A stretch of 63,980 bases of DNA, counting the filler, from Chiloscyllium plagiosum (lineage: Eukaryota), in the NCBI RefSeq assembly GCF_004010195.1. It is 5 parts of one record of this genome, joined end to end, with 100 filler letters (N's around TTAATTAATTAA, not from the genome) between each part and the next. Parts side by side here need not be neighbours in the genome. Positions count along the whole stretch, not along the records: positions 40,936 to 55,462 come from NC_057710.1; positions 55,563 to 63,980 come from NC_057710.1; 3 more parts are not named here. One strand, 5' to 3'. Within the stretch, counting starts at the first letter, position 1; the number at the start of each line of letters is the position of its first letter. The notes under the pieces are model-generated. The model worked only from the letters and a program-made list of their open reading frames with translations. It did not search any database and was not told the DNA's origin. The position numbers and the translations under genes are program-made. Positions 49,820 to 63,980 of the stretch are shown in pieces.

Positions 49820-51000
49820 GCAGGAGCAGGGGTTTCAACCAGCTGAGACACAACTCCACCATTCCTCAACTCCATCTCATTGCAACTTCCATTCCACATA
49901 CTTGCCCAAGCCTGACAATCTTGCATCCATGTTCTTAACAAGAATCCATCTACCTCCACCTTAAAACCTTCAAGGACTTTGCTTCTACGACCTTTTCAGG
50001 GACAGAGTTCCGAAGACTCAGAACCATCTGAGAGGAAACATTGAGCGTAACCTCTGTTTTAAATGGGCGCCCATTGATTTTTAAACTCACCTAGGTTCTC
50101 CCACAAGAGGAAATGTCTTCTTTACATCTACCCTGTCAAAGCCCCTCAAGATCTTACTCTTCTAAACACTATAGTGCTAGCCAATACAGTGCTAGCCAAT
50201 CCAACCTTTCCTCAAAAGATAACCTGTCCACTCTAAGTATCAGTTTAGTAAACTGACTCTGGAAAGCCTGCAAGACATTGACATCCTTACATAAGGCAAC
50301 CAGTATTGTACATCGTTCTCCAGATACATTCCCATTTAAGCATTACGTCCCTACTTCAGTGTTCAATTCCTCTGATAAATTATAATGTATGATTAGCTTT
50401 CCTCTTCACTCGTTGTACCTGTATACTAATCTTTTGCAACCCATAAACAAGGACACCCAGATCCTTCTACATTTCAGCACGCTGCAATCTCCTAACATTT
50501 AGATAAAACACCACTTCTTTATTCTTCCTGTCAAAATGGACAGTTTCAACATTTCCCACAATATACTCCTTTTGCTACAACTTTGCCCACTCACTTAACC
50601 TGCATATGTCTTTTTGTAACCTCTTTACATCCTCATCATAACTTACTTTCCTGTCTATCTTGGTGTTGTCAGCAGATTTGACAATTGTATCCCTTCATCA
50701 AAATAATTTTGATATGTTAAAAACAGTTGAGGTCCCAGCACTGTTACCTGTGGCACACCACTTTATTAGATCTTGTCAACCTGAAAACGATCCACTGACA
50801 GCTAGTCTCTACTTCCTGTTAACCAGTCAGTTTTCTATCCATGCCAATATGTTATCCCCTACTCCATGAGTTTTTACTTTCTGCAATAAGCTTTGACATG
50901 GCACCTTATTGAATGCCCTCTGCAAATCTAAGAACAATACATAGACCTTTACCTACAGCACGTTACCCCTCAAAGGAATGAAATTGGTCAGACAGGTTGC
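49820..51000 (-). mobile_element. Old decayed CR1 3' part
   Basis: Recognisable homology to the 31120-32300 element. Confidence 0.6.
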
Positions 51001-52872
51001 CACTGCATAACCGTTAACCCCAATTACCTTTCATCCCCTTCCTTATCCAAGAATCTATTCACCAATGCCTTAAAAATATTCAAAAACTTGCCTTCCACTG
51101 CTTTTTGAATGTAAGAGTTCCAAAACCTAATGGCTCTCTGTCAAGAATGATTTCACCATATCTCTGTCTTAAATGGAAGACACTTTTTAATTTTAAACAG
51201 TGATGATTAGGTCTTACATCTTCCACCAGAGGTCTAGCAGCATTTATGGAGAGAGAAGCAGTGTTAATGTTTCAAATCCAATATGACTCTCCTTCTGTTC
51301 TGTTCACCAAAGGGACCACACATTTCAACATTTCATGTAGTTGGTACAAATCATATAGAATAAAGTTCATGCAGTAGCAACAGTAGGAGAAGACACTGGT
51401 TTATGGTGGATGATGCTTCAGTAATTCCTGCCATCTGAATGGTTTTGGTATATTGCCTAAAACAATTATTAATCGACAGTAATAAACCAAGATAATCAAG
51501 TCCATCCGATATGTTAACTATTTGGTGGAACAAAACAGAAACTAGCTCGGCACAAACAGGTTTGCTGTGTTTGTGGAAAACGAAATCAATCTGGACAGGA
51601 CCCTTCTCATTTCCCACCGCCTCCTTAGTCCCCAACTTCGTTCACCACTGGCCCCACACAGAAGCCTTCCTCTCTGCTAAGTGCTGTCTCTGTCTTTGGG
51701 GTAGCTGGCTCTCTGGGTCTGGTCTTTATTGTGTATTAGGCTGTTATTAGGCTCTAGCCAGAACTAAAGAACATGTGAATCCAATGTGTATTACAACCCA
51801 ATAGAGGGAGGTTTTTTCCTACAGGCATGTAAAAGCATAAATCAACTCTGAACAGGTCAACGAAGCTGGCTGATGACTCAGCATTGTGATTCATCAGTAA
51901 TTACATGACTCGCCTCTGAAAGGAGCACTGTGCCAACATAGAATATACCAACTTTATCACCTCACAATCCTGCTCCTTTCTTGATTTATGGCCCATTCCA
52001 GGCTTCCATTATTTCTCCTTTGCTTTTTGTTTAATCATTGCACTATCCCAGAGGATGTTAAAAGTTTGAGTTTCATACTTCTGCAGAAGGTAAAATCTTA
52101 GAGCGAAATGGGTCATCATCCATGACAATGAAAGCTAAATACTGCAATTGCTGGAAATCCAAAATAAAAACAGGAGAAACTCAGCAGGTCTAATTACATC
52201 CATGCAGACAGAAATAGAATTAACGTTTCGAGTCCAGCAATGACTCTTCTTCAATGCTGCATCACCTCCAGTCACAGGTTTCCTACCTGTTGCTACCCCA
52301 GTTGTAGCTTCTGTCTGTGGAGGTGCAGCAAGAGCAGGTGGAAGGCAGTGTGTCATTGGAAGTGCTGGAACCGCAATCTGGGACAGACTGAATCTGTGAC
52401 TGAAGAAGGAACTCTTGACAGATTCTACCTCCTCCATATATTGGCTCATTATTCCTCCATTTAACTGTGTCCTGTTTCTGTTAAGTCCTGGTGGCTGTTC
52501 AGGGTGAATTTGCCAGGTGGAAAGACCAACAAGGATCAAACAGCAGCTCATGCTAAAGCCATTACTCCAGATCTGTGAGGAAGTGCAGAAGATGCAGTGT
52601 GGGCTTGAATAATTAGTCCCACAAAGCAGTGACTGAATCCACTTGGAAGGGAGGATCTGTAGGGGCATCCCGTTAGATGTTTGGCAAGTAAGCGAACATA
52701 TTGAAGCTCTGTGAGCAAACGCGAAAACACCTGCTGGGCAAGTGGACAACAGTTAATTAACAGGGAAAAAAAAAATAGGTTGTTGAGAAGTCTAGTCATA
52801 AAAAAGAGAAGCACTTACATCTCACAGACAGCGATGTTGCTATAATGACCATATTGTCATGGAACTTTATTT

Positions 52873-53195
52873 TTAGATTACCTACAGTGTGGAAACAGGC
52901 CCTTTGGCCCAACAAGTCCACACCAACCCTCCAAAGAGTAACCCATCCAGACCCAGCTCCCTCTGACTAATGCACCTGACACTATGGGTAATTTAGTATG
53001 GCCAATTCACCTGACCTGCACATCTTTGTACTGTGGGAGGAAACAAGAGCACCCAGAGGAAACCCACACAGACAGACTGTGCAAACTCCACACCAACAGT
53101 CACCTGGACTGTGCAAACTCCACACCAACAGTCGGCTGGATTGAACCTGGGACCCCGCTGCTATGAGGCAGCAGGGCTAGCCACTGAGCCACCAT
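52873..53195 (-). mobile_element. HE1-type SINE
   Basis: Homology to 23047-23366; internal ~30-bp duplication. Confidence 0.85.
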
Positions 53196-53278
53196 GAATT
53201 CTTCAGTAAAGTTGAATTTCTGCATGACCTTCCCAAGGCCTTCGCATTCACTGCGTTAAAGGTCTTGGTCAAGTCAAC

Positions 53279-53553
53279 AGGAGTGGCACAGTGACTCCTT
53301 GGTTAACACTGCTGCCTCACAGCATCAGGTTTGAGTCCGGCCTCAGGCGACTGTCTGTATGGAGTTTGTATATTCTCCACGTGTCTGCGAGGGTTTCCTC
53401 CCACAGTCCAAAGACGTGCAGGTTAGGTTGCCCATAGTGTTCAGGCTTGGGGTAAATATTGGGTAGGGGAATGCATCTGGTTGGGTTACTCTTCAGAAGT
53501 TTGGTGTGGACTTGTTTCGCCGAAGGGCCTGTTTCCACACTATAGGGATTCTA
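53279..53553 (+). mobile_element. HE1-type SINE
   Basis: Homology to 18624-18947. Confidence 0.8.
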
Positions 53554-55244
53554 TAAAGTGGCGCAGAGGTCTCTATTCTGTGTGTGGCATTTCTGCTGGA
53601 GCTTTCTAACTGAAAACATCCCATCGGTGATACCTTGACCTTTTCTGAAATCACTCTCACTTGCTAGCAACAGATATTTATTGTGGGATCCTGGCAGTTC
53701 AGAAGGATTTCAATCATGATTTTGCAGGTGATGGAGAACACTGAGATTCCGCGATAATTGCTGTGAGTTTGACAAGTTCCACTTGCTCAGTGGAGCAATG
53801 GAGGCATCTTCCTGTCTGGTAGGATGTTCCCTTGCTCCTACATACACTGAAAGAGTTCAGGTACTGACCTCCAGCTTTGAAGACCTCAGCTGGGATAGCG
53901 TTGGCTCTGGACCCTTACTGCTCAGCAAGAGTTTGCACTCCTTACTTCTCACCATGTGAGAGGATCACCAAGAGAGCAGTTAATGGTAACTTGTGGCAGC
54001 GAGAGTGGGACAGGCTGCACTGCTCCTGTAAAGAGCAAAACAACTGTCCAAGTAACCTCCTTCTGCAGCGTAAACATTCTGTGACTGCCCACAGATGACA
54101 TCATCTAATCCACCTCTTTCAGGTTCTGAAGTTATATTTTGACCTCTCCCTTTGATCTTTATACAAACTCAATAGGATGGAACATTCAGTCCCTTTCCCG
54201 TAGGGTGAGATAGTTCCTGAGAACTATTGTAATGGGGAGAGTAACTTTATTGTTTCCATTATCCCAGGTATTAGTTATTATTAACTGGCTTCAATATATA
54301 TTGTTCTAAAGCTTGCGTGCTATGGCCTTTCCTTTCAAACAGTAGATAAATATTTTGCTTTTAATAACCAGCAATTTAACTATGTTTTTCTCTGAATCAG
54401 TTGGAATGATAGTAAAAGAAAATTGAAATGTACATTTGCTCTGGTTTCTTACATCACCTCAGGCGTTATACAGCTGATGATGTAAATATAGTCACTGCTC
54501 TAACATTCTGCAGAAATGATCCATTAACTGTAAAAATTTTGGAGTTGGAACACTCGGAGATTTCTAGGCAAACATCAGTCTGGGCTTTTGCGGTGCAGTG
54601 GTAGTGACTCTATCTATGGACCAAGAGACTGAGATTCAAATCACACCTGCTCCTGGAGTGTGTAACAACATCTCTACACAAGTTAGTTAGGAAATATTTA
54701 TTAATGTTATCACTTCTATTTTGGAACTGAGGTACCAAATGTTTGCAAGTGATGTGATCAATGTGTTCCCATTCTGGAAATTCAGCTGAATTATATTCAT
54801 ATAACAAAAGCAGATTATGTGGTCATTATGACTTTGCTGTTTGTACTAGTTTTCCAACTTGATGGTTTTTACACTACAGCAATAACTTCACTGGCTGTAA
54901 AAGGTGTTAGGATTGCATCCTGTTGCTATTCTCTGTGCAATACTCCCCTCTCAAGACACAACTGTATTGTCAAAATTGTGGTCTGTTCCAAATAGTAATA
55001 TCCTTTCACGAACAAGTGAGTGAACACTAATAGCGATGAGATCTAACTCTTTAGAGGCTCTTGTGGTCAGTGGCGGTATCCAGGATTTAAGACCCCCACT
55101 CCAGAGGTGTATAATAACATCTCTGAGCAGGTTGATTTGAAAATCCAACTTTCCAATTTAACACGTTGAATCATAGAAAGACACCATTTGGTCCATTGTG
55201 TCTGCAATGACCCTCTGAAGACCATCCTACCCAAACCCCGACCC

Positions 55245-55462
55245 TATTATCCAAGATGGTGGACGGGAAAAATTTCTGGCTGTAAGAGAAGCTCCTTTTT
55301 TTGAGATATTTTAGGTGCTGGAGGTGATTTCCTCGAATTCCAGGTGCAGCAATTACTGTTTTATATGCTGTTGCATTGTTTTGGAACTTTGGAAAAAAAA
55401 AGTCAAACAACAGCAGTTTTAAAAGGGAGAAGAACAGACAAAGGAAGCACATGGTGAGGTCA
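55245..55462 (+). mobile_element. CR1 5'UTR start (ends at a gap; a CR1 3' end follows at 55563-55823)
   Basis: Reverse-complement homolog of 26560-26767. Confidence 0.7.
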
Positions 55463-56759
55463 NNNNNNNNNNNNNNNNNNNNNNNNNNNNNNNNNNNNNN
55501 NNNNNNTTAATTAATTAANNNNNNNNNNNNNNNNNNNNNNNNNNNNNNNNNNNNNNNNNNNNGTTCAACAGAGTGTTACAAGGGGACATAAATTTAAGGT
55601 GAAGGGTGGAAGGTATAGGGGAGATGTCAGGGGTGGGTTCTTTACCCAGAGAGTGGTGGGGGCATGGAATGCGCTGCCCGTGGGAGTGGTAGAGTTGGAA
55701 TCATTGGCGACCTTTAAGCGGCATTTGGATAGGTACATGGATGGGTACTTAATCTAGGTTAGAAGTTCGGCACAACATCGTGGGCCGAAGGGCCTGTTCT
55801 GTGCTGTATTGTTCTATGTTCTATAAGTGCAGCCTCTGCCCTTCGTTCATTGACATCCCTTTCTCAAACAAATAACTTCAAACAATTCCTTTTCCATGTC
55901 CAGGCTTTGCTTCTAATTCAGTTTCGTTACAAGCCCTTTCAGAGGAATTCAATGGCATATTGATCTGGAAATGATTGATTAGCTCTAAGTGTTTTGGCCA
56001 AATGCAAATGATATTTGAATATCAAAAGAGTTCATTTAGATTCTCCCTTCGCAATTGTATCTCCTAAAAGCTTTTAGGGTTCATTTCAATTGAACTAATA
56101 TTAATTGTAACTATAGTCTAAGCAGTCATTACTCATTATATTCTCAAAGTTCACTAGTCAAACTGGGTTGATTTGAATCTTTGGGATGATGATTAATGAT
56201 GTATCATATATTTATATTAGCAATGCAATTTCAAAGGATGAAGTCAGTAGACAATGAAATATATTTTTTAATATCTTTATTACATGGATCACAAGTTTTC
56301 GTTATAGACCATTAATCCTTTCTGGCATGGTCACTTTTTTAACAATAACATTCCTGCAAACAAGCGAGATAATTGGTGCTTTATCTTGGCCACTTATTCG
56401 CTTCTAAATGCAGAGGGCTAAAATTTGGTTAGCTCAGTAGCAGGGACCACGGTCCATGGTTTCCCCATCCCTGTTCAGACTGAGTTGGGAACGAGGTAAA
56501 CTTTGCATACCAGCCTCCCCTGAATGAGTGTATCATTGGCCTCATTGGCTTATATGCTACTTTATACTCATGCACCTTGCCTGGAGCCTGTGTCACAGAA
56601 ACACTATCAGTTTCATGAAGGACCAGAGGCTAGAACCTGGAGGATCACCCTCAGAAGAGAAAGGCGAGCTATTGAAGGAAGGGATAGCTTCCAGAGTGTG
56701 GACATGAGGACACAGGAGCAGTGCCATCGGGAGTCTATCTAACTCAATTAATATATCTC

Positions 56760-57560
56760 TATTTATTTTTTCACGGGACATGGGTATCACTGGTTAGACC
56801 AGAATTTCTTGCTCATTCCGAATTGCCTTTGAGAAGGTGGTAGTAATTCATCTTTATGAATCATTGCAGTCCACCTGCTGTAGGTGTACCCATGCTGCTG
56901 TTAGGAAAGGAGTTATAGTCTTTTGTCCCAGGGACCCTGAAGGAAGGGCAATGTGTTTCCAAGTCAGGATAGTGTGTGCCTTGGAGGGGAATTTGCAGGT
57001 GGCGACTTACCCCAGGAATCTGTTGCCTTTATCCTTCTGGAGGTCACGAGTTTGGAAGATGACTGTCAAAACTGACTTGGTGAATTGCTGCTTTGAATCA
57101 TGTAGATAGTGCACACTGTGCCACTGTACATCGATGGTGGAGGGAGTGAACGTTTGTGGATATGGTGCCAATTAAGTTGCCTGCTTTGTCCCGGATAGTG
57201 TTGAGCTTCTTGACTGTGGTTGGAGCTGCATCCGTCCAGCAAGTGGAGAGTGTCCCTTCACACTCCTGACTGGTATATTGTAAATGGTGAACAGGCTGTG
57301 AGGAGTCAGGAGATGAATTACTCACTGCACTATTCCTAACCTCAGGCTTGTTTTTGTATCCACAGTATTTGTAAGACTGGTCCACTTCCATTTCTGGTGA
57401 ATGAAAACCCTAAATGTTTAGAATAGAGGTACATCAATAGTAGTGCTATCGAATATGGAGACCAACTCCAGTGAATATATCAGGTTCACTCTTGTTGGAG
57501 ATGTTGCCTGACAGTCAACACTTCATTGGAGGGAATATTACTTGCCACTTATCAGCCCAT
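56760..57560 (-). mobile_element. L2/CR1-group LINE 3' part
   Basis: KKLNTIRDKA...HSLHHRCTVA RT C-terminal remnant; the 3' tail resembles that of the 15725-type SINE. Confidence 0.65.
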
Positions 57561-58904
57561 GACGTCGTCAGATTCTAATGCTGCTGATCATACAACAACC
57601 CTGCCACTCATGCAGTAACATTCACCGTTGCTCAGCACCCGTGCCTAACATCCAGATACTTCATCCACTCCTCGTTCACTTACTAATGGTGTCAGCTTCA
57701 CATCCACCTCTCACTGTCTCCAGCTATTAAGCTACGGTGTAGGCACTAATGGCTGGATGTGCTATAAACATCTATGAGTCTTTCAGTCTATGAGCAACAG
57801 CAGTTGCCCGTGATCACGATCGGTCTACCCTCTCTCTTGCATGACTGGAAGGAGGACGAGCAGAGGAGAGCCACTGGATGGCAAGTAGGTTGCAAGGTAA
57901 AGAAAGATGGGGAAGGTCATTTGGTACATTTAGATTATTCATCCAGAAAAAAAAACTTCAGTGAGCTTAATGGTTTCCTTCTGAACTATATCATTCTATG
58001 ATTAAATAGTAGAAAATTTGCAGTTTATATGAACACTTTGATAAAAAAAAATTACTGAGCAGTTGATAGAGAAGAGGAAGGCTGTCAGCTGTCGGATGAT
58101 ATCAATTGTTTGGTCGAGTGGGTGGAAAAGTAGCAAATGGAATGCAATCTGGGGAAATGTGAAATTCTGCTTCTGGGGAGGGCAAACAAACCAGGGTCAT
58201 ACACAATAAACAAACCAGGGTTTCGAGAGAGATAGAAAAAGTGAGCAGCCTTGGACAGGGGGCATAGTTGTTAAAGAAAGGGGCTGCCAATTTAAGATTG
58301 AGATGAGGAGGAATTTCATCTTGCAGAGGGTTGAGAGTCTTCCGAACTCCATGCCACAGAGAGCTGTGGGGGCAGAATCCTTGTGTATACTTAAGGCTGA
58401 GACTCTTGATCAGTCGGGGAATCAAGGGTTACAGGGAAAGGGCAGAAAAGTGGATGCGAGGAGTGTCGGATCAGGTATGATCCTAATGACTGGTTGAGCA
58501 GGATCAAAGTCCTGAATGGTCTATTCCTGTTCCTCATTCGTATGGTTTTGTAGAGAGCATATCCAAAGCATCTGAAGGTGGCAGGATGAGTGGATAAGAT
58601 GATAAAGAAAGAGTATGGGATGCTTGCCTTCACTGGGTGAAGTATTGAACACAAAAACAGGGAAATAATACTGGAAATATCCAAGGCATGCATTTAGGTT
58701 ACAGCTGGAGTTTTGTGTGCAATTCTAGACATCACATTACAAGAAGGGAGTAATTGCTCTAGAGAGAGCACGGAGGATATTTACAAGAATAAAAACAAAA
58801 TACCATGGATGCTAGAGATTTGAAATAAAACAGAGAGGACTGGCGAAACACACAGATCTGACAGTAGCTGTGGAGACAGAAACAGAGTTAATATCTTCAT
58901 CCAG

Positions 58905-60155
58905 TGAGAGGGAGAGAGAGTAGCTTTTATTTGTCATTTCTACCACGTACAACTGATACAGTAAAAGTGTTCCTCCAGGACCGAGGGTGTCACATGGACA
59001 GCACAAACTACAAAACCATACATGGCAAAAAGTGCATAAGAAGTGCAAAACATGCAAGTTACAGTGTAATAGAAGAATGAAAAATAATAGACATTTTTCG
59101 AGCAGCAATTCGAAGTCGTGCAAAGAGTTTCAGATGGGAAAGAGTCCAATCATACTGTGTTAAGGAGCCTGATGGCTTGGGGGAAGAAATTGTTGCACCG
59201 TCTGGCCGTAAGAGACGGAATGCTCCAGTATCTTCTACCAGATGTGCGCTGGTAAAATTGGTGCTCTTCACGATCTCCATGGGGAGCCATCGATGTCCAG
59301 CAGAGAGTGGTCGCTCCGTGCCCTCCTGAAGTCAACAATCATCTCTTTTGTCTTGTCCATATTCAGAGACAGGTTGTTGGCTCTGCACCAGTCCGTTAGC
59401 CACTCACCTCCTCTTGTCGTTCGTGCTGATGAGACCCACTACAGACATATCATCATCAAACTTGATGTGATTTGAGCAGTACACCACTGCACAGTCATGT
59501 GTCAGCAGGGTGAACAGCAGTGGACTGAGCACACGGCCCTGGGGGGCCCCCGTGCTCAGTGTGAATTGTGTTAGAGATATTGTTCCCTATCCGGACTGAC
59601 TGAGGTTGCCCAGTCAGGAAGTTCAGGATCCAGTTACAAAGGGAGGTGTTTAGGCCCAGTAGTCTCAGCTTTCCAATCAGGTGCTGAGGAATGATAGTGT
59701 TAAATGCAGAACTGAAGTCTGTGAACTGTAGTCTGACGTAAGTGTCCTTCTTCTCCAGGTGGGTGAGGGCCAGATGGAGGGTGGTGGAAATCTGTTGAGC
59801 AGTTTTGTTGATACGCAAACTGTGGGTGTCCAGTGAGGAGTGCAGTAGGGTCTTAACATGCCTCATCACGAGCCTCTCGATACACTTCATGATACTCAAC
59901 AGGGCGATAGTCATTGAGACAGGACATTGAAGACTTCTTCGGCACGGGGATGATGGTAGCGGTCTTGGAGCACTTTGGAACCATGGCGCAGCTCAGGGAG
60001 ATGTTGAAGATGTCCGTGAGAGCATCCACCAGTACGTCAGAGCATCCTCTGAGCACTCTGCCAGGGACGTTATCTGGTCCAGCAGCCTTACGTAGATTGA
60101 CTCTGCATAGCGTCTTCCTCACGTTGGCCGTGGTAAGACACAGCACCTGGTCAAT
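58905..60155 (-). mobile_element. Rex1/Babar RT fragment to 3' end
   Basis: [48 protein letters not shown]. Confidence 0.9.
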
Positions 60156-63069
60156 TAAGAACTTTCCAGATTTACAGGAATGTTGCCAGGGATTGACAGT
60201 TGCAGATATGAGAAAAGCTTGGACCAGATGAGGGTTATATTCCTCAGAACAGAGAAGGCTGAGGGATGACTTGTACAAAAATTATGAGAGGTTTGTTGGA
60301 ACGGATGGGAAAGACGCACTTCCTCTGATACCAAGGCCAATCACAAGGGGGCACAGATTTAAAATAGTCTTTGGAAGGATTAGACGGTACATGAGGAAAA
60401 TCATTTTCAACCAGTGTGCAGTTGGAGAGTTGGAGAAATGCATGGAATTCTCTGGCCCAGTTTTGTTGTTGAGGAAAACAAATCCTCACCTCACTGAAAA
60501 GGAACTGGATCTGAACCTGTAGCAAGGGCATAGACCAGGTGCTGGCAAGTGGGATCAGAATGGGCAGCTGGTTTATTCAGCCGACATGGACATGATGGGC
60601 TGAATGGTCTATATCTGCATTGTAACTTTTCTATGGCTGATGTGATGATTGGTTTGATAAAATGATAGGTTCATCCTTGAGCAATGACCTGAAATGAGAA
60701 TTGGAGTAAATGAACAGTCATTTTCCCACCTAAATGCAAGAATCCTTTCAAGTATGTCTCTGAAATCTTCGCTGGTCGCAAATGTTACAATGTGCCCTGC
60801 ATTTAATTTCTCTGGAGGTGATATATCCACATTGATTAGTAAAATAGGTCATAGCTGCACCTATTACCAGTGCTATATGGAGCACCTATACGCTTATTAG
60901 GCCAAAATGATTCAAATTTTAATATCTCTTACATCTTATTGAACATTGAAGCAAGGACACTTTCACCTTCTTCCACTTAATATTTTTCTTGTACTTCTGC
61001 TTCATTGCATTAGAGAATTCAATTTTGGCACTTAAATAAATTCACGTTGGTTATTAATTCCAATTTATATTCCTGTTCGCTGACTGCTGTTCCTGGGAGA
61101 TAGATTCTAAAAACCTGAGGGCTGATTCCCTGGAGGAAGTCAGTCGCTGGCAATGGAAGAGAACTCACCCATCCTCTTACCTCGGACCACCATCCCCAGT
61201 TGTCTGAGAGTCGCACAACATGGAAACAGGCCCTTCGGCCTAACTTGTCCATGCTGACTCAGCTTCCTAAACTGAAATAGTCCCATTTGCCTGCAATTGG
61301 CCAATATCCCTCTAAACCTTTCCTAACCATGTACCTGTCCAAATGTCTTTTAAATGTCATAATTGTATCTGCATCTAATGCTTCATCTGGCAGCTCGTTC
61401 CATGTATGCACCACCTTCTGTAAGAAAAAGTTGCCTCTTAGGTCGTTTTTTCTTCGGATTATGACGTCAGCTTGTACGAGGGGGTATAACTACAAATTGA
61501 GGGGTGATAGATTTAAGACAGATATCAGAGGCAGGTTCTTTACTCAGAGAGTGGTAAGGGCGTGGAATGCCCTACCTGCTAATGTAGTTAACTCAGACAC
61601 ATTAGGGAGATTTAAACAAAGCTTGGATAAGCACATGGATGGTAATGGGATAGGGTACGGGATGAGCTGAGAATAGTTCACAGGTCGGTGCAACATTGAG
61701 GACCGAAGGGCTTGTTCTGCGCTGTATTGTTCTATGTTCTAAATCTTTTCCCTCTCACTTTAAACGTAGCCAGAGAGTCAGAGTCTTGGTAAAATTGTTC
61801 CCATTGTGGTGGGTGAACTGATGGGAAGGAGGATTCCAGCTTAAGCACACATCACAATGAAATCCACATACATACAGTAGGTCGAGGTGCCAGCTTATCG
61901 AGTAGCCAGTTGTCAACCAACCTGCTGTAAAGATGCACAAAGGACATTTCAATGAAAGCTTACAGCATTGACCCTGACAGCTGTCCCTTTTGGCAGCGGG
62001 GATGATGGGTTTTGGAGGTACTGCCATTCACTAAGGCGTCTTCAGCAATGTACCTCCACTTTGCAATCTTCAACAGGGGTTTCCAGAGGAAGAAAGGGAA
62101 GCAGCAGAGGTCGGGTGGTAGTGCAAGGCTTGCCCTCGGGTGTCTTGGTGTCTGTGCATCTGAGTTTGAATCTTTAAAGAGTTTTAGAATTACTGCTGCA
62201 CAGAAGAAGGCTATTTGGCCAATTGTGTACAGCCCACCAAATGATCAATTTGTCATTCTTCCCATAACCGTGGGGGCATTGGGTTGGGGGGGGGGGAGGG
62301 GTGGTCAGGGATTGGTTATTAATTTCAAGATCAGTGCAAAGGAGGGAGTCCGGGGGCAGGTTCTTTACTCAGGTACCAGGGGTGTCAGATACCAGGAATG
62401 TGTTGGATCAGTGTGTGATGGGTGGAAGGGGTCTAGGCAGGTAGAGTTGAGTGTGTGTGAGGTTCCTGTAGGCCCTGAGAAGTAGTCACTCAAGAGTTAG
62501 TCTATCACAGTGAAGGTGGAAATTGATCTGCCAAGCAGACATTGTTCAGGTCTCAGCACTGAGGACTTAGGCTTAATAAGTCTGCAGTTTGGTGTTCTCC
62601 TGATGAAGATTCCTGATGAAGAGCTTATGCACGAAACGTCGATTCTCCTGCTCCTCAGATGCAGCCTTTTCCAGGACTACACTGTTCAGTTTGATGTTCT
62701 CAGTCAGGCTGACATCCTTTCACACTCTCTTTTGCAGCTTAAACATAATATCTGTACAATTTTCAACACGCATCTTGATTTTAGCATCAGGTGACTAATT
62801 GTTTCCAATGCAACTATAAGTTATCTCCCTATATTCCTCAGAGGGCATTTTACAGAGGATTGCTTGTGAGGGGAAGGATAGGGAACATATGCAAAATGGA
62901 GAGGTCATTGAATCCACTGACTTTGACAATGGTTTCCCATGCGGTATAAGATACTTGGAGTTACCTTAACAAGTACAGTGATCTTACCTGATTGGCTGAT
63001 CACTCAGTCACCCCAGCAGTATCTAGGATATGGAAGTGTCCATTTGTATTAATCATTCACATGATGAGG

Positions 63070-63400
63070 GCACTGCTGTTGAAGCAGCATTTATTACCCA
63101 GTTTTAATTGCCTCAATGCAGTTTAGAGTCAACAACCTTGCTGTGGGTCTGGAGTCACACATAGGCCTGACCAAGTCAGGATGCCAGTTTCTGTCCTTAA
63201 AAAGACATTAATGAACCAGATGGGCTTTTCTGATAATCGACAAATGGTGATTATTAGGCTCTTAATTTGAGATTTTAAATCAAATTCAAACTCTACCTAC
63301 CATGTGCCATGGTGAGATTCAAACCCAGGTCCTCAGAATATTATCTGGTTCTCTAGATTAACAGTCTAGCAATACTACCACTGCACCATCACCTCCCCAT
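63070..63400 (-). mobile_element. tRNA-derived SINE (15725 family)
   Basis: Reverse-complement homology to 15725-16042. Confidence 0.65.
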
Positions 63401-63714
63401 CACTCCAAGTTGAAAGACAAGTCTGAGGTCTTGGTCAGTGAGGGATCAGGGACTCTCACAAGGTGGAACACAGGTTGATGGATGGGGGTAGGGGAATCAA
63501 GTTAGATCAATGGTGGTGGGAGGGGGTAGTTAGATACAGAAAACAAAAGGGTATATTTTGAGAGAGGGTAACTGAGTGAAGCAAAGGGTCCCAGAGAGGT
63601 GATCATCCCTGTCCATCACATTATGGAGGCAAAGATGAAAATAAGCCCTTCCATGGCCTTTTATCAGCAACTTATGAGCCTGAATAAGTCTGAAATGAGT
63701 GGGCTGGCAAACTA

Positions 63715-63980
63715 GTTGAAAATGTGTTGCTGGAAAAGCGCAGCAGGTCAGGCAGCATCCAGGGAACAGGAGAATCGACGTTTCGGGCATAAGCCCTTCT
63801 TCAGGAATGAGGAAAGTTTGTCCAGCAGGCTAAGATAAAAGGTAGGGAGGAGGGACTTAGGGGAGGGGCGTCGGAAATGTGATAGGTGGAAAGATTTCAA
63901 GGTGAGGGTGATAGGTCAGACTGGGGTGGGGGCGGAGAGGTCGGGAAGAAGATTGCAGGTTAGGAAGGCGGTGCTGAATT
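63715..63980 (-). mobile_element. Young Penelope pLTR with an intact hammerhead core (63775-63804)
   Basis: Reverse complement reads CTGAAGA-A-GGGC-TTAT-GCCC-GAAA-CGTC-GA; CpGs are retained. Confidence 0.8.

Noticed and set aside
52135..52749. 204-aa minus-strand ORF as a CDS
   Set aside because: Non-ATG start, no recognisable domain, and its end reads into a Penelope terminus.
53729..53763. Small plus-strand exon-like segment (TTTTGCAG|...|GTGAGT)
   Set aside because: Stops in all three frames and no other support.

Overview
Repeat-rich vertebrate genomic DNA, very probably from a shark or other elasmobranch (inferred from HE1-type SINEs and the CR1, Penelope and Rex1 content). Most ORFs in the supplied track are fragments of decayed retroelements. 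The only host-gene feature I can support is a CpG island at about 29.6-30.5 kb. It holds a minus-strand first coding exon (29909->29656: signal peptide, phase-2 donor) that matches exon 1 of EIF2AK3/PERK, with a CCAAT/GC-box promoter. No exon 2 was recognised, so 1-29655 is probably intron 1. The main non-coding signal is a set of minimal type-I hammerhead ribozyme motifs (CUGAnGA-A-stem II-GAAA-palindrome-UH) in the termini of at least three Penelope-like families. These show covarying stem II and often sit in inverted (palindromic) pairs. Other notable items are an out-of-frame uORF overlapping the putative PERK start, a SINE-derived CCAAT minisatellite, a ~300-bp duplication flanking a Penelope end, and nested insertions. 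Repeat boundaries are read by eye and are approximate. Four N-gaps contain an artificial TTAATTAATTAA spacer.
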